Source: an uncultured delta proteobacterium
GTDB taxonomy: Bacteria > Desulfobacterota > Zymogenia > Zymogenales > Zymogenaceae
Assembly (NCBI GenBank): GCA_963792965.1
Contig: CAWBYW010000007.1
Location: forward strand, 192,001-256,000
DNA length: 64,000 nucleotides
Direction: 5' to 3'
Positions within the stretch are counted from its first letter, which is position 1. Every line of letters begins with the position of its first letter. A program made the position numbers and the translations under genes. This document shows, in pieces, positions 10,317-19,265 of this stretch. Below the pieces are notes generated by a model, which worked only from the letters and a program-made list of their open reading frames with translations, had not been told where the DNA came from and searched no databases.

Positions 10317-11092
10317 GCTTCTTCTCGACACAATCGCTCACCAAGAAGTTCGGCGGTGTATCGGCGCTGAGCGACGTCACGCTTTCCGTGCCGGAAGGGG
10401 CCATCATGGGACTTATCGGACCGAATGGCGCGGGCAAGACGACCTTCTTTAACGTCATCAGCGGCGTTTTCCGTCCATCGTCCGGGGACTTCTTCTTCCT
10501 CGAGAAAAGACTAACCGGTAAGCCGCCCTACAAAATCACGGAGATGGGAATCGCGCGCACCTTTCAAAATATCCGTGTTTTTTCGGGGATGACGACCATG
10601 GAAAATGTCCTTGTTGCTCGCCATAGCAGGACTACGGCGGGGCTCTTCGGTGCCCTCGTGGGTGGGCCGAAGGTGCGCCGCGAGGAGAGAGAGTCTTCAG
10701 AGAAAATCGTCGAGATCCTCGGATTCGTGGGGCTCTCCGAACAGAGGGATATACCCGCCGAAAGCCTTCCGTACGGCAAGCAGCGGCACGTCGAGATCGC
10801 GCGCGCTCTGGCAACAGAGCCGAAGCTTCTGCTCCTCGATGAGCCGTCCGCGGGCATGAATACGACGGAAACCGAACAGCTCATGGATTTGATCACCGCC
10901 GTCAGGGGCAGGGGCATAACGGTCCTCTTAATCGAGCATGACATGAACCTCGTGATGGGAATCTGCGACAGGATCGCGGTGCTTGACTACGGGAAAATAA
11001 TAGCCGAAGGGACACCCGTTGAAGTTCGTAACGACAGAGACGTAATTGAGGCCTACCTTGGTCGGGAGGAGGACTATGAAGATCTGGGATAA
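10313..11092 (+). CDS. livG: Liv-type ABC ATPase LivG
   Basis: GPNGAGKTT, RTFQNIRVF, LPYGKQRHVEIARAL, IEHDM. Confidence 0.95.
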   Translation: MSFFSTQSLTKKFGGVSALSDVTLSVPEGAIMGLIGPNGAGKTTFFNVISGVFRPSSGDFFFLEKRLTGKPPYKITEMGIARTFQNIRVFSGMTTMENVLVARHSRTTAGLFGALVGGPKVRREERESSEKIVEILGFVGLSEQRDIPAESLPYGKQRHVEIARALATEPKLLLLDEPSAGMNTTETEQLMDLITAVRGRGITVLLIEHDMNLVMGICDRIAVLDYGKIIAEGTPVEVRNDRDVIEAYLGREEDYEDLG

Positions 11093-12359
11093 CAGATATG
11101 AGACCATGCCGATCGCCGAGCTCGAGCAGCTGCAGCTTGAGCGTCTGCAGGCAACGGCATACCGGATCTTTCGGCATGGGGTTACCTTTTATCGAAAGAG
11201 ATTTGCCGAGCTTGAGTTTGACCCCGAAGATCTCGAATCTCTAAGAGACATAGAAAAGCTTCCCTTTACGACCAAAGAGGACCTGAAGGAGAGTTATCCT
11301 TACGACATGTTTGCGGTCCCGCTCAGGGAGGTGGTCAGAATTCACGAGACCTCGGGCGATATCGGGATCGTCGGCTATACGAAGAACGATCTTGTCAACT
11401 GGTCAAACCTGGTTGCCCGAGCGCTCTGTTCATCGGGCATCGATGAAAATGATACCGTTCTCATTACGCACGCCTACGGGTTGTTTCCCGGCGCACTCGG
11501 CTATCACTATGCCGCCGAGCTGGTGGGTGCGTCTGTCATCCCGTCATCTACCGCTAACACGGATAAACAAATACAGATACTACAGGACTATCGATCGACG
11601 GCGCTCGTTGCCACGCCGTCGTATGCTACCCGCGTCATCGGTGAACTGAATGCCCGCGGAATCGATCCCAAGACACTTTCCCTCAAGTACGCCGTCCTTG
11701 GCTCAGAGCCTTGGAAAGAGGAGACCAGAAAGGAAATCGAAGACGGGCTTTTCGTATCGGCGACGTTCAACTACGGGGTCGCATCCGTTTTCGGTCCAGG
11801 GATAGCCTCCGAATGCCGTGAAAAAGAGGGTCTGCATATATTCATGGACCATTTCATCCCGGAAGTCATCGATCCGCGTACGCTGAAGCCGCTTCCCCCC
11901 GATCATGAGGGTGAGCTGGTGTTGACCACCTTGACCCGTGAAGCGTTTCCAATCCTCCGTTTCCGGACCGGTGATATCACAACACTCTACTATGATAAAG
12001 AGCCGTGCCCCTGCGGCAGAACGCACATCAAGATGAAACCGGTCCAAAAACGCCTTGACGATCTCATCGTTTTCAACGGTATCAACATCTATCCGAAGCA
12101 AATCGAGGATTTCCTCAGGAAGGTGCAAGGACACAAGCCGACCTTCCGCGTCGAATTGATGAGGAAGGAAAATCGGGATTTTATGGATATCGAGCTGGAA
12201 GTATCCGAGGACGTCTTCTTTGATGAGATGAAAGTTCAGAAGCGAATTATCGAAGATATGGAATATCGGTTTAATCGGGAGTTTGAGCTCTCGGCATCGA
12301 TAAAGTTCGTCGAGAGGGGTAGTACTGACAGAAAGAAAAGGGTCCTGGACAAGAGATAG
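11076..12359 (+). CDS. PaaK-like (ANL superfamily) protein with degenerate P-loop
   Basis: LQLERLQAT, LPFTTKEDL, YPYDMFAVP, GSEPW, RFRTGD, CPCGRT; ATG 11076 preceded by GGAGGA. Confidence 0.9.
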   Translation: MKIWDNRYETMPIAELEQLQLERLQATAYRIFRHGVTFYRKRFAELEFDPEDLESLRDIEKLPFTTKEDLKESYPYDMFAVPLREVVRIHETSGDIGIVGYTKNDLVNWSNLVARALCSSGIDENDTVLITHAYGLFPGALGYHYAAELVGASVIPSSTANTDKQIQILQDYRSTALVATPSYATRVIGELNARGIDPKTLSLKYAVLGSEPWKEETRKEIEDGLFVSATFNYGVASVFGPGIASECREKEGLHIFMDHFIPEVIDPRTLKPLPPDHEGELVLTTLTREAFPILRFRTGDITTLYYDKEPCPCGRTHIKMKPVQKRLDDLIVFNGINIYPKQIEDFLRKVQGHKPTFRVELMRKENRDFMDIELEVSEDVFFDEMKVQKRIIEDMEYRFNREFELSASIKFVERGSTDRKKRVLDKR

Positions 12360-12393
12360 TAATGTAATGAGGACCAAATCTCGCCGGGAGGTA

Positions 12394-12421
12394 ATGTCTG
12401 ATAAGATATATTATGTAAACT
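12394..12421. other. dif site (XerC/XerD chromosome dimer resolution site)
   Basis: ATGTCTGATAA-GATATA-TTATGTAAACT: 11-6-11 layout closely matching the dif consensus (E. coli GGTGCGCATAA-TGTATA-TTATGTTAAAT); intergenic between convergent genes. Confidence 0.88.
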
Positions 12422-12450
12422 AATAGATAACCGTCTACTTCTTCTCTGTT

Positions 12451-12738
12451 CTAATAGTCCTCCCGTCCCTCATGGCCGTCCTCTTCACCACTCCTCTTGG
12501 AGAAATCGTTGTTCTTAATAAAGCTGACCACCTCCATGAATGCCTCCTGGAAGTTGTCAATATCTTCCGGGAACACCATAATCCGAAATCTGTCCTGCTT
12601 ACCAAAATCGACAGCCTTCGTCTCCGATATGATGAGGTACTTGTCATTATTGACGTTTTCCTTGACGTCAAAATAATATGTCCGCCTCCCTGCCTTTACC
12701 TTCTTGCTGAATAACTCCTCTTTACGCTTTTCTTCCAA
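12451..12738 (-). CDS. PUR-family DNA/RNA-binding protein (DUF3276-like)
   Basis: ELFSKKVKAGRRTYYFDVKE...YLIISE...RIMVFPED..F..AF is the bacterial single PUR-repeat signature. Confidence 0.85.
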   Translation of the reverse strand: MEEKRKEELFSKKVKAGRRTYYFDVKENVNNDKYLIISETKAVDFGKQDRFRIMVFPEDIDNFQEAFMEVVSFIKNNDFSKRSGEEDGHEGREDY

Positions 12739-12751
12739 TTTCGATCTCCCC

Positions 12752-13462
12752 TTAATTTTCCCCCAAATAGGCTTTCTTAACGGCCTCGTTCACGAGCAAC
12801 TTGTCGGATTTATCTTCCATTACAATTCTGCCGGTTTCCAGAACATAGCCCCTCTGCGATACCTGGAGCGCCATCTTTGCGTTTTGCTCAACCAAAAGAA
12901 TCGTCGTGCCTTTTGTCCTGTTAATCTCCTTAATTACGTCGAATATATTCTTCACGATCATCGGGGCCAGACCAAGGGACGGCTCATCCAAGAGGAGGAG
13001 CTTTGGATCCGACATGAGTGCTCGTCCGATAGCGAGCATCTGCTGTTCACCACCTGAAAGGGTCCCCCCGAGCTGCTTTTGGCGCTCTAAGAGTATCGGA
13101 AAGAGCTCGAGTACCTTCTTCAAGTCATTCTTCACGGTGGGGTCGCTTGTCCGAGCATAAGCCCCCATTTGGAGGTTTTCCTTGACGGTCAACAGCGGGA
13201 ATATCCTTCTGCCTTCCGGGACCTGCGAGATCCCCATGTTGACGATTCGGTCGACCGATGAGCGTTCGATATTCTTCCCCATAAGGACGATAGTCCCCGT
13301 TCGTGCCGGGGTAACGCCGCAGATCGTCATAAGGGTGGTCGATTTCCCCGCGCCGTTGGCGCCGATGAGCGTGATGATCTCACCCTCATTGACTACCAGG
13401 GATATTCCTTTAAGGGCTTCGATGTTTCCGTAATAGGTATGGATATCGTTCAGTTCAAGCAT
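12752..13462 (-). CDS. livF: Liv-type ABC ATPase LivF
   Basis: GANGAGKSTT, LSGGEQQMLAIGRALM, VEQNA, VKKAYLG. Confidence 0.95.
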   Translation of the reverse strand: MLELNDIHTYYGNIEALKGISLVVNEGEIITLIGANGAGKSTTLMTICGVTPARTGTIVLMGKNIERSSVDRIVNMGISQVPEGRRIFPLLTVKENLQMGAYARTSDPTVKNDLKKVLELFPILLERQKQLGGTLSGGEQQMLAIGRALMSDPKLLLLDEPSLGLAPMIVKNIFDVIKEINRTKGTTILLVEQNAKMALQVSQRGYVLETGRIVMEDKSDKLLVNEAVKKAYLGEN

Positions 13463-13463
13463 A

Positions 13464-14261
13464 CTATTCGGTTCCGAGGTACGCCTCGATTACTTTTGGG
13501 TTTCTCCGGATCTCGGAGGGGGTGCCTTCGGCGATCATCGCCCCGTAATCGAGGACAATAACCCGGTCCGATATCTCCATGACCACCTTCATATCGTGCT
13601 CTATCAGGATAACGGTAATTCCAGTATCCCTGATCTTTCGTATCAGATTCATCAGGTCACCGGTTTCCCGCGGGTTCATTCCCGCCGCCGGCTCATCGAG
13701 CAGCAACAGCTTTGGCTCCGTTGCCAGCGCCCGGGCGATCTCAAGCCTTCGCTGGTCTCCATAGGAGAGATTAGAGGCCATCTCCATGATCATCTGCTCA
13801 AGCCCGACGAAAACGATAAATCTAATCGATTTTCTCAATATATCCTTTTCCTCGGACCTCTGACTGCCGGTTCTTAGCACCGATCCAAAGACATTCTTCT
13901 TCGACCGGCAGTGGCGACCGATCTTAACGTTATTAAGCGCGGTGAGACTGTTGAAGAGTCGGATATTCTGGAACGTTCGCGCGATGCCGAGCTCCGTGAT
14001 CCTATCGGGCTTCAGCATCTTCGTGCCGTTTGCCAACGTGCGAGATTTTCCATCGGCATTGAAGAGTATTTCCCCTTTGTTCGGCTGAGCAAGTCCCGTG
14101 ATGCAGTTGAAGACCGTTGTCTTTCCCGCGCCGTTCGGGCCGATGAGCGATAGCACCTCCCCTTCCCTAATAGAAAAGCTCACATCGTTTACGGCGACAA
14201 CACCGCCATAGAACTTGCTCAACGAATTAAGTGTGAGGATTTCGCCTTCCATAGCCGGCAC
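13464..14261 (-). CDS. livG: Liv-type ABC ATPase LivG
   Basis: GPNGAGKTT, RTFQNIRLF, LSYGDQRRLEIARAL; start may be ATG 14252. Confidence 0.95.
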   Translation of the reverse strand: MPAMEGEILTLNSLSKFYGGVVAVNDVSFSIREGEVLSLIGPNGAGKTTVFNCITGLAQPNKGEILFNADGKSRTLANGTKMLKPDRITELGIARTFQNIRLFNSLTALNNVKIGRHCRSKKNVFGSVLRTGSQRSEEKDILRKSIRFIVFVGLEQMIMEMASNLSYGDQRRLEIARALATEPKLLLLDEPAAGMNPRETGDLMNLIRKIRDTGITVILIEHDMKVVMEISDRVIVLDYGAMIAEGTPSEIRRNPKVIEAYLGTE

Positions 14262-14265
14262 GTTC

Positions 14266-15465
14266 TTATAATTTCTCTTCTTCGTGTGTCACTTTATAAA
14301 GGCTCTCGTTCATCGCCTCTAAGATAGTCTTCTCGTGTGTTCCCATCTCTCGCTTGACTCGTTCGATCGGTATGAGGCCGGCAGGCTTAAAACGCATCAT
14401 GACGATAAGGAGAACACCGAACAGGGCATATCTGGCCTGTACAAGGTCCGGCCACGGCTCAAGCACCTTTCTGAGGATCTCCGACAGGGAGATGAGGAAG
14501 GTGGCCCCAAGGATAACACCGGGAATGCTTCCCATCCCCCCGAGCACAACCATGCAGAGGATGAGTATCGATTCCCAAAACTTAAAGCTGACAGGCGAGA
14601 TAAAGCTGTACCATCGGGCGAAAAAGGACCCTGCCACGGCGCCGAAGGCCGCACTGATAGCAAACGCAGTTACCTTGTACTTTATGATGTTGATGCCGCT
14701 GCATTCAGCCGCGACCTCATCCTCTCTAATGGCAAGCCATGCCCTGCCGACGCGTGAGTCCTCCAGGCGGGTCATGACAAGTATAGTTCCGAGGACCATG
14801 AAGAAGATCAAGTAAAAGAACGCCGTTTCTCCTCTGAAGACATATCGAATGGGTTCCGAGTAGAAGTAATGCGTTAAGGGAAATAGAAATGCAAGGTCAA
14901 GGGACGGCGGAGGTATGCCCGGCAGGCCCATCGGACCCCTGGTGAGCCACATCTCGTTGATGATAATCAAGACAACGAGCTCCGCGAAGCCGAAAGTCAC
15001 GATGGCGAAATAGTCCCCCGTCAGGCGGAGCGTCGGCGCACCAAGGAGGATCCCGGCCAAAGCCCCATTTATCGCGGCAAGAGGAATAATCACCCAATAA
15101 CTGGCAAGGATATCCCAGGGTGCTCCGAGCGCGGCGCACTTGAGCGTTATGAGCCCCGCCGTATAGGCGCCGATGCCGTAGAAGCCGACGTACCCAAGGT
15201 CGAGGAGCCCCGTGAACCCGGGCAGGATATTCAGACCGAGTGCCAGGATAATGTACATCATCACATAGGTGCACAGGTGAATGATATAGTCGGGCAGGAA
15301 GGTTACCGCAAAGAGGTATCCCATGGCGAACTTAAGGAAATAGAGCAAGATCGGTATAAGGAAGACCAGGATAGATAGTGCGGCAAAAAAAACCTTGATA
15401 TTCTTTGAAAAGCCGAGGGAAAGTTTTTCGCGGAAGAGATTATACTGGGGAATCTTCTTGAGCAT
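14266..15465 (-). CDS. livM: Liv-type ABC permease LivM
   Basis: GLLDLGYVGFYGIGAY, LRLTGDYFAIVTFGFAE, GRAWLAIREDEVAA. Confidence 0.94.
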   Translation of the reverse strand: MLKKIPQYNLFREKLSLGFSKNIKVFFAALSILVFLIPILLYFLKFAMGYLFAVTFLPDYIIHLCTYVMMYIILALGLNILPGFTGLLDLGYVGFYGIGAYTAGLITLKCAALGAPWDILASYWVIIPLAAINGALAGILLGAPTLRLTGDYFAIVTFGFAELVVLIIINEMWLTRGPMGLPGIPPPSLDLAFLFPLTHYFYSEPIRYVFRGETAFFYLIFFMVLGTILVMTRLEDSRVGRAWLAIREDEVAAECSGINIIKYKVTAFAISAAFGAVAGSFFARWYSFISPVSFKFWESILILCMVVLGGMGSIPGVILGATFLISLSEILRKVLEPWPDLVQARYALFGVLLIVMMRFKPAGLIPIERVKREMGTHEKTILEAMNESLYKVTHEEEKL

Positions 15466-15470
15466 CCTTC

Positions 15471-16379
15471 CTAAACCTTTACGACCTGTTTTCTTCCCAA
15501 CAGTCCTGACGGTCTCAGGATGATAACAAGGATCATGATGGCGTACGAGATGCCGTCACGATATCCGGACGAGATGTATCCCGCGCCTAAAGACTCCGCC
15601 ACGCCGAGGACAAAGCCGCCGAACATCGCCCCCGGAATGTTGCCGATGCCGCCGAGTACGGCCGCGGCGAATGCCTTAACCCCGGCATTATAGCCCATCG
15701 TCGGAAAGATGGCGTTATAATATATCCCGACGATAATACCCGCAACCGCGCCGAGCGCCGAGCCCACGGCAAAGGTAAACGAAATGACCCTGTTTACATT
15801 GATGCCCATCAGAGACGCCGTAACCTTATCCTGCGCACACGCCCTCATGGCCGTCCCGATACGGGTTCGGGTGATCAACAGATGCAGGCCGATCATGAGC
15901 AGGATCGTGACCACGAAGATCGTGAGCTGAAGCCACGAGATCTTGATCTCCTGAAATCGCTGACTGTGCTTAAAGAGGGAAAAGGCGACGTTATCGAAAA
16001 ACGGCGGCAAGGTATCGGCCGGGTATGTTTTCAGACGGCCACCCCAGATGATGAGCGCAACGTTTTGGAGAAAGAGTGATGCCCCGATAGCGGTGATAAG
16101 CGCGGCGAGCCTCGGTGCCTTCCGTAGTGGCCTATAGGCGATGAACTCAAGAATAATGCCGAATAGTGCGCATGAGCCGATGCTGATGAGTATGGCGATG
16201 GGAAATGGTACGTGAAATATAGCGACACTGGTAAAGGCGAGATAGGCGCCGAGCATGTAGATTTCGCCGTGGGCAAAATTGATGAGCTCAATGATGCCGT
16301 ATACCATAGTATACCCGACGGCGATTAGGGCATAGACACCCCCCAAGGTAAGGCCGTTGATAAGCTGTTGAAAAAACAT
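15471..16379 (-). CDS. livH: Liv-type ABC permease LivH
   Basis: QQLINGLTLGGVYALIAVGYTMVYGIIELINFAHGE; KAFAAAVLGGIG. Confidence 0.95.
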   Translation of the reverse strand: MFFQQLINGLTLGGVYALIAVGYTMVYGIIELINFAHGEIYMLGAYLAFTSVAIFHVPFPIAILISIGSCALFGIILEFIAYRPLRKAPRLAALITAIGASLFLQNVALIIWGGRLKTYPADTLPPFFDNVAFSLFKHSQRFQEIKISWLQLTIFVVTILLMIGLHLLITRTRIGTAMRACAQDKVTASLMGINVNRVISFTFAVGSALGAVAGIIVGIYYNAIFPTMGYNAGVKAFAAAVLGGIGNIPGAMFGGFVLGVAESLGAGYISSGYRDGISYAIMILVIILRPSGLLGRKQVVKV

Positions 16380-16396
16380 CTAATCCCTGCCCGAGC

Positions 16397-16429
16397 AAAA
16401 AATGGGGGAGGGCTTTTCGCCCTCCCCCA
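16397..16429 (-). terminator. Intrinsic terminator/attenuator between the SBP gene and livH
   Basis: Minus strand TGGGGGAGGGC-GAAAA-GCCCTCCCCCA-TTTTTT. Confidence 0.8.
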
Positions 16430-16447
16430 CCGTCTCCTTGGTGAGTA

Positions 16448-17617
16448 TTACTTCATCTGTTTTTCAGCGGCTACAAACACACCATCCTTGACAACCGCTA
16501 CGTAAGCGGGCTTCTGGCAATCACCGTCCTTATCAAAGTAGGTAACGCCCGTCAGCCCTTTATAGCCGGTTTCGGGGGAGTTCATGGCCTGGAGGCCATC
16601 TCTGATCGCTTTCCGGTCGGTTCCCACCTTCGTAATGACATCTGCGAGGATACCCACGCAGTCATAGGCGTTGGCCGCCATCCAGTCCGGGGTGGTCTTG
16701 TACTTGGTTTCGAAGTCCTTCTTGAACGTCAGGGCCTCTCCTCCGGCCGCTTCATACACAAAAGGAGAGCTGGCGACAAAGCCTTCGGCCGCATCCTTGG
16801 CAATGTTAATAAGCTCGGGATTGTTCAGGCCGTCAGCACCCATGAACTGGGCCTTAAGACCAAGTTTCTTGGCCTGGGAAAGAATCAAGCCGCCCTGCTG
16901 ATAATATCCGGCGATAAAGACGCCGTCGGGGGCAAGACCCTTAAACTTGGTGAGCTGAGGGGTGAAGTCCACGGCGTCGGAGTTATAGGCCTCGGAACCG
17001 ACAACCTCAAGCCCGCTTTCCTTTGCTGCCTTCTCGAAGGCATCCTTCAGGCCTATAGCGTAGTCGTTGTTCTCGTAGAAGATCGCAACCTTCTTAAGGC
17101 CGAGATATTCCTTCGCATACTTCGCCATGAAGCTGCCCTGGAAATCATCACGATACACGTCCCTGAATGTCCATCGGTTCTTACTGGCTGTCCCTATGTT
17201 GACATTCGTGGCGGTTGGCGAAATGATCGCGGGGCCGGCAACATCGTAGATCGGAATCGCCGCAAGCATCGCGGAGCTACAAACATGACCGACGATGGCC
17301 ACGATTTCCGGATTACTCACGAAATTCTGAGCGACTGCCGCAGCTTCCTTCGGGTCACATCGTTCGTCACCTATGACGAGCTCCAGCTTCTTGCCGTTGA
17401 TACCGCCGGCCGCGTTGATCTCATCGATCTTCATCATCGCGCCGTCTTTGATAATTTCCCCGTATGCGGCGGCGTCACCGGACATCGGTGCCGCCAGTCC
17501 AATCTTGATGGTTGCACCGGTTTCGGTGGACTTCTTGCAGCCGGCCACGAAGAACGTGAGTGCCAAGGCAAGAGCCGAAAGAACGATTAGAACCTTAAGG
17601 CTCCTCAAGTTTCCCAT
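16448..17617 (-). CDS. Branched-chain amino acid ABC substrate-binding lipoprotein (LivK/LivJ-like)
   Basis: Lipobox VAGC; IKIGLAAPMSGDAAAYG, GGINGKKL, DERCDPKEA, GHVCSS. Confidence 0.93.
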   Translation of the reverse strand: MGNLRSLKVLIVLSALALALTFFVAGCKKSTETGATIKIGLAAPMSGDAAAYGEIIKDGAMMKIDEINAAGGINGKKLELVIGDERCDPKEAAAVAQNFVSNPEIVAIVGHVCSSAMLAAIPIYDVAGPAIISPTATNVNIGTASKNRWTFRDVYRDDFQGSFMAKYAKEYLGLKKVAIFYENNDYAIGLKDAFEKAAKESGLEVVGSEAYNSDAVDFTPQLTKFKGLAPDGVFIAGYYQQGGLILSQAKKLGLKAQFMGADGLNNPELINIAKDAAEGFVASSPFVYEAAGGEALTFKKDFETKYKTTPDWMAANAYDCVGILADVITKVGTDRKAIRDGLQAMNSPETGYKGLTGVTYFDKDGDCQKPAYVAVVKDGVFVAAEKQMK

Positions 17618-17660
17618 GTTCGTGTTACCTCCTTCTTAGAAATAGGACCGTGCTATTTGC

Positions 17661-17825
17661 CTACTTGGCAGAAGGCGTGGGAGCGGGAACTTCCGTCGCC
17701 GGGGTCATGGGCGCAACGGGGGTCGGGGTGACCTCTTTCTTCTTGCACGCCACGGCGAAGAATGCCAGCGAGAGCGCCAGCGCAGCGATGATCATGATCG
17801 TTTTGAAGTTCTTGATCGTTTCCAT
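17661..17825 (-). CDS. Small Pro/Thr/Ala-rich lipoprotein, 54 aa (below the ORF-track cutoff)
   Basis: METIKNFKTIMIIAALALSLAFFAVACKKKEVTPTPVAPMTPATEVPAPTPSAK; GAGGAGG SD; lipobox AVAC; lies between a promoter and the SBP gene. Confidence 0.8.
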   Translation of the reverse strand: METIKNFKTIMIIAALALSLAFFAVACKKKEVTPTPVAPMTPATEVPAPTPSAK

Positions 17826-17884
17826 TTGGTTACTACCTCCTCAAGTGATTAAAATTTGCTAAAGAGAACCAATTTTAAATAGAT

Positions 17885-17913
17885 AATCTAAAACTTATTA
17901 TACCTTTTGTCAA
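17885..17913 (-). promoter_or_regulatory. Sigma70-type promoter for the small lipoprotein/liv operon
   Basis: Minus strand TTGACA-17 nt-TAGATT with A-rich upstream sequence. Confidence 0.7.
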
Positions 17914-17938
17914 GACATTTTTACATTTTTTATTTAAC

Positions 17939-19264
17939 CTAATTCCTGGCCTTAAATACGAGTCTGATGGGCGTTCCCACGAAGTTGAATCGCTCCCGTA
18001 TCCGGTTTATGACATAGCGCCTGTAAGAAGGCTTTATCCCCTTGGGATAGTTGGAGAATATCAGAAATGTTGGTGGGGGTGTCCCCGTCTGGGTCACATA
18101 GTATATCTTTACTTCCTTCCCCCTGTAGACGCCCGGAGAGTAGTGCCGTTTTATATCCTCGAAAAAGGCATTTAGCTCCCCCGTACCGATCTTCCTCCGT
18201 CTGTTTTCCAGTACGGTGTCTACCGCGGCGAAAATCTGCTGGAAGTTCTTTCCGGTCAACGCCGAGGTGAAAATGATCGGGGCATAACTGATATGCGGCA
18301 GCTCTTCCTTCACCCTCTCCGCGTATTCTCGTGCGGTCTTCTCGCTCCTTGTCACGAGGTCCCATTTATTTACTACGATGACGGCCCCCTTCCCTTTGTC
18401 ATGGACGAAACCCGCGACCTTGGCGTCCTGGTCGGTCGGCCCCTCGGACGCATCAAGCATAATCAGGGCAATGTCGGCCCGATCGATGCTCTTAAAAGAC
18501 ATCAGCACGCTGAATCGTTCTATCCTTGCCAGTACCTTGCTCTTTCTCCTGATCCCCGCGGTATCAATAAGTACGTAGTCCTTCCCATTACGGGAGATAA
18601 GGGTGTCTATGGAATCTCGGGTCGTTCCGGGTATTTCGCTCACGAGCACCCGTTCATATCCTAATATCTTATTGAGGAGCGATGACTTGCCGACGTTGGG
18701 CCTGCCGACTATGGCGATCTTCTTGATATCAGCCCTCATACGCTCATCGGATGGCTCCTCGGAGAATCCGCGCGAAACGTCATCCATCAGATCGCCGATC
18801 CCGATATTATGCTCGGCGGAAATCGGATAGATCTTCTCGGCCCCGAGAGCATAGAACTCAAAGACATCATTTTCTTGTTTAGTGCTGTCCACCTTGTTGA
18901 CCACGGCGTAGATCTTTTTGTGAGCCTTGCGCAGATAATCATATATCTCTTTATCTATGGGGGACAACCCCTGGCGCGCATCCATCAGGAAAATAACAAC
19001 GTCCGCCTCGGTCACAGCAATCTCGGCCATCATGTGAATGTCTTTGGTCATTTCAGTTTCGGCACCGGGAAGGAGCCCCCCCGTATCAACGAGGAGATAC
19101 TCCTTATCGTCGTACCGAGCGTCGGCATATATTCGGTCTCTCGTCACGCCCGGCACGTCCTCGACGATTGCCCTTTCCCTCTTCAATAGTCGGTTAAAGA
19201 GGGTCGACTTACCGACATTCGGCCTCCCGACGATGGCCAGGACTTTCTTGGTGTTCATGGTCAA
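17939..19264 (-). CDS. der: Ribosome biogenesis GTPase Der (EngA)
   Basis: Two GRPNVGKS P-loops, GVTRDR/GTTRDS, DTGG/DTAG, NKVD/NKWD. Confidence 0.97.
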   Translation of the reverse strand: MTMNTKKVLAIVGRPNVGKSTLFNRLLKRERAIVEDVPGVTRDRIYADARYDDKEYLLVDTGGLLPGAETEMTKDIHMMAEIAVTEADVVIFLMDARQGLSPIDKEIYDYLRKAHKKIYAVVNKVDSTKQENDVFEFYALGAEKIYPISAEHNIGIGDLMDDVSRGFSEEPSDERMRADIKKIAIVGRPNVGKSSLLNKILGYERVLVSEIPGTTRDSIDTLISRNGKDYVLIDTAGIRRKSKVLARIERFSVLMSFKSIDRADIALIMLDASEGPTDQDAKVAGFVHDKGKGAVIVVNKWDLVTRSEKTAREYAERVKEELPHISYAPIIFTSALTGKNFQQIFAAVDTVLENRRRKIGTGELNAFFEDIKRHYSPGVYRGKEVKIYYVTQTGTPPPTFLIFSNYPKGIKPSYRRYVINRIRERFNFVGTPIRLVFKARN

Positions 19265-19265
19265 T

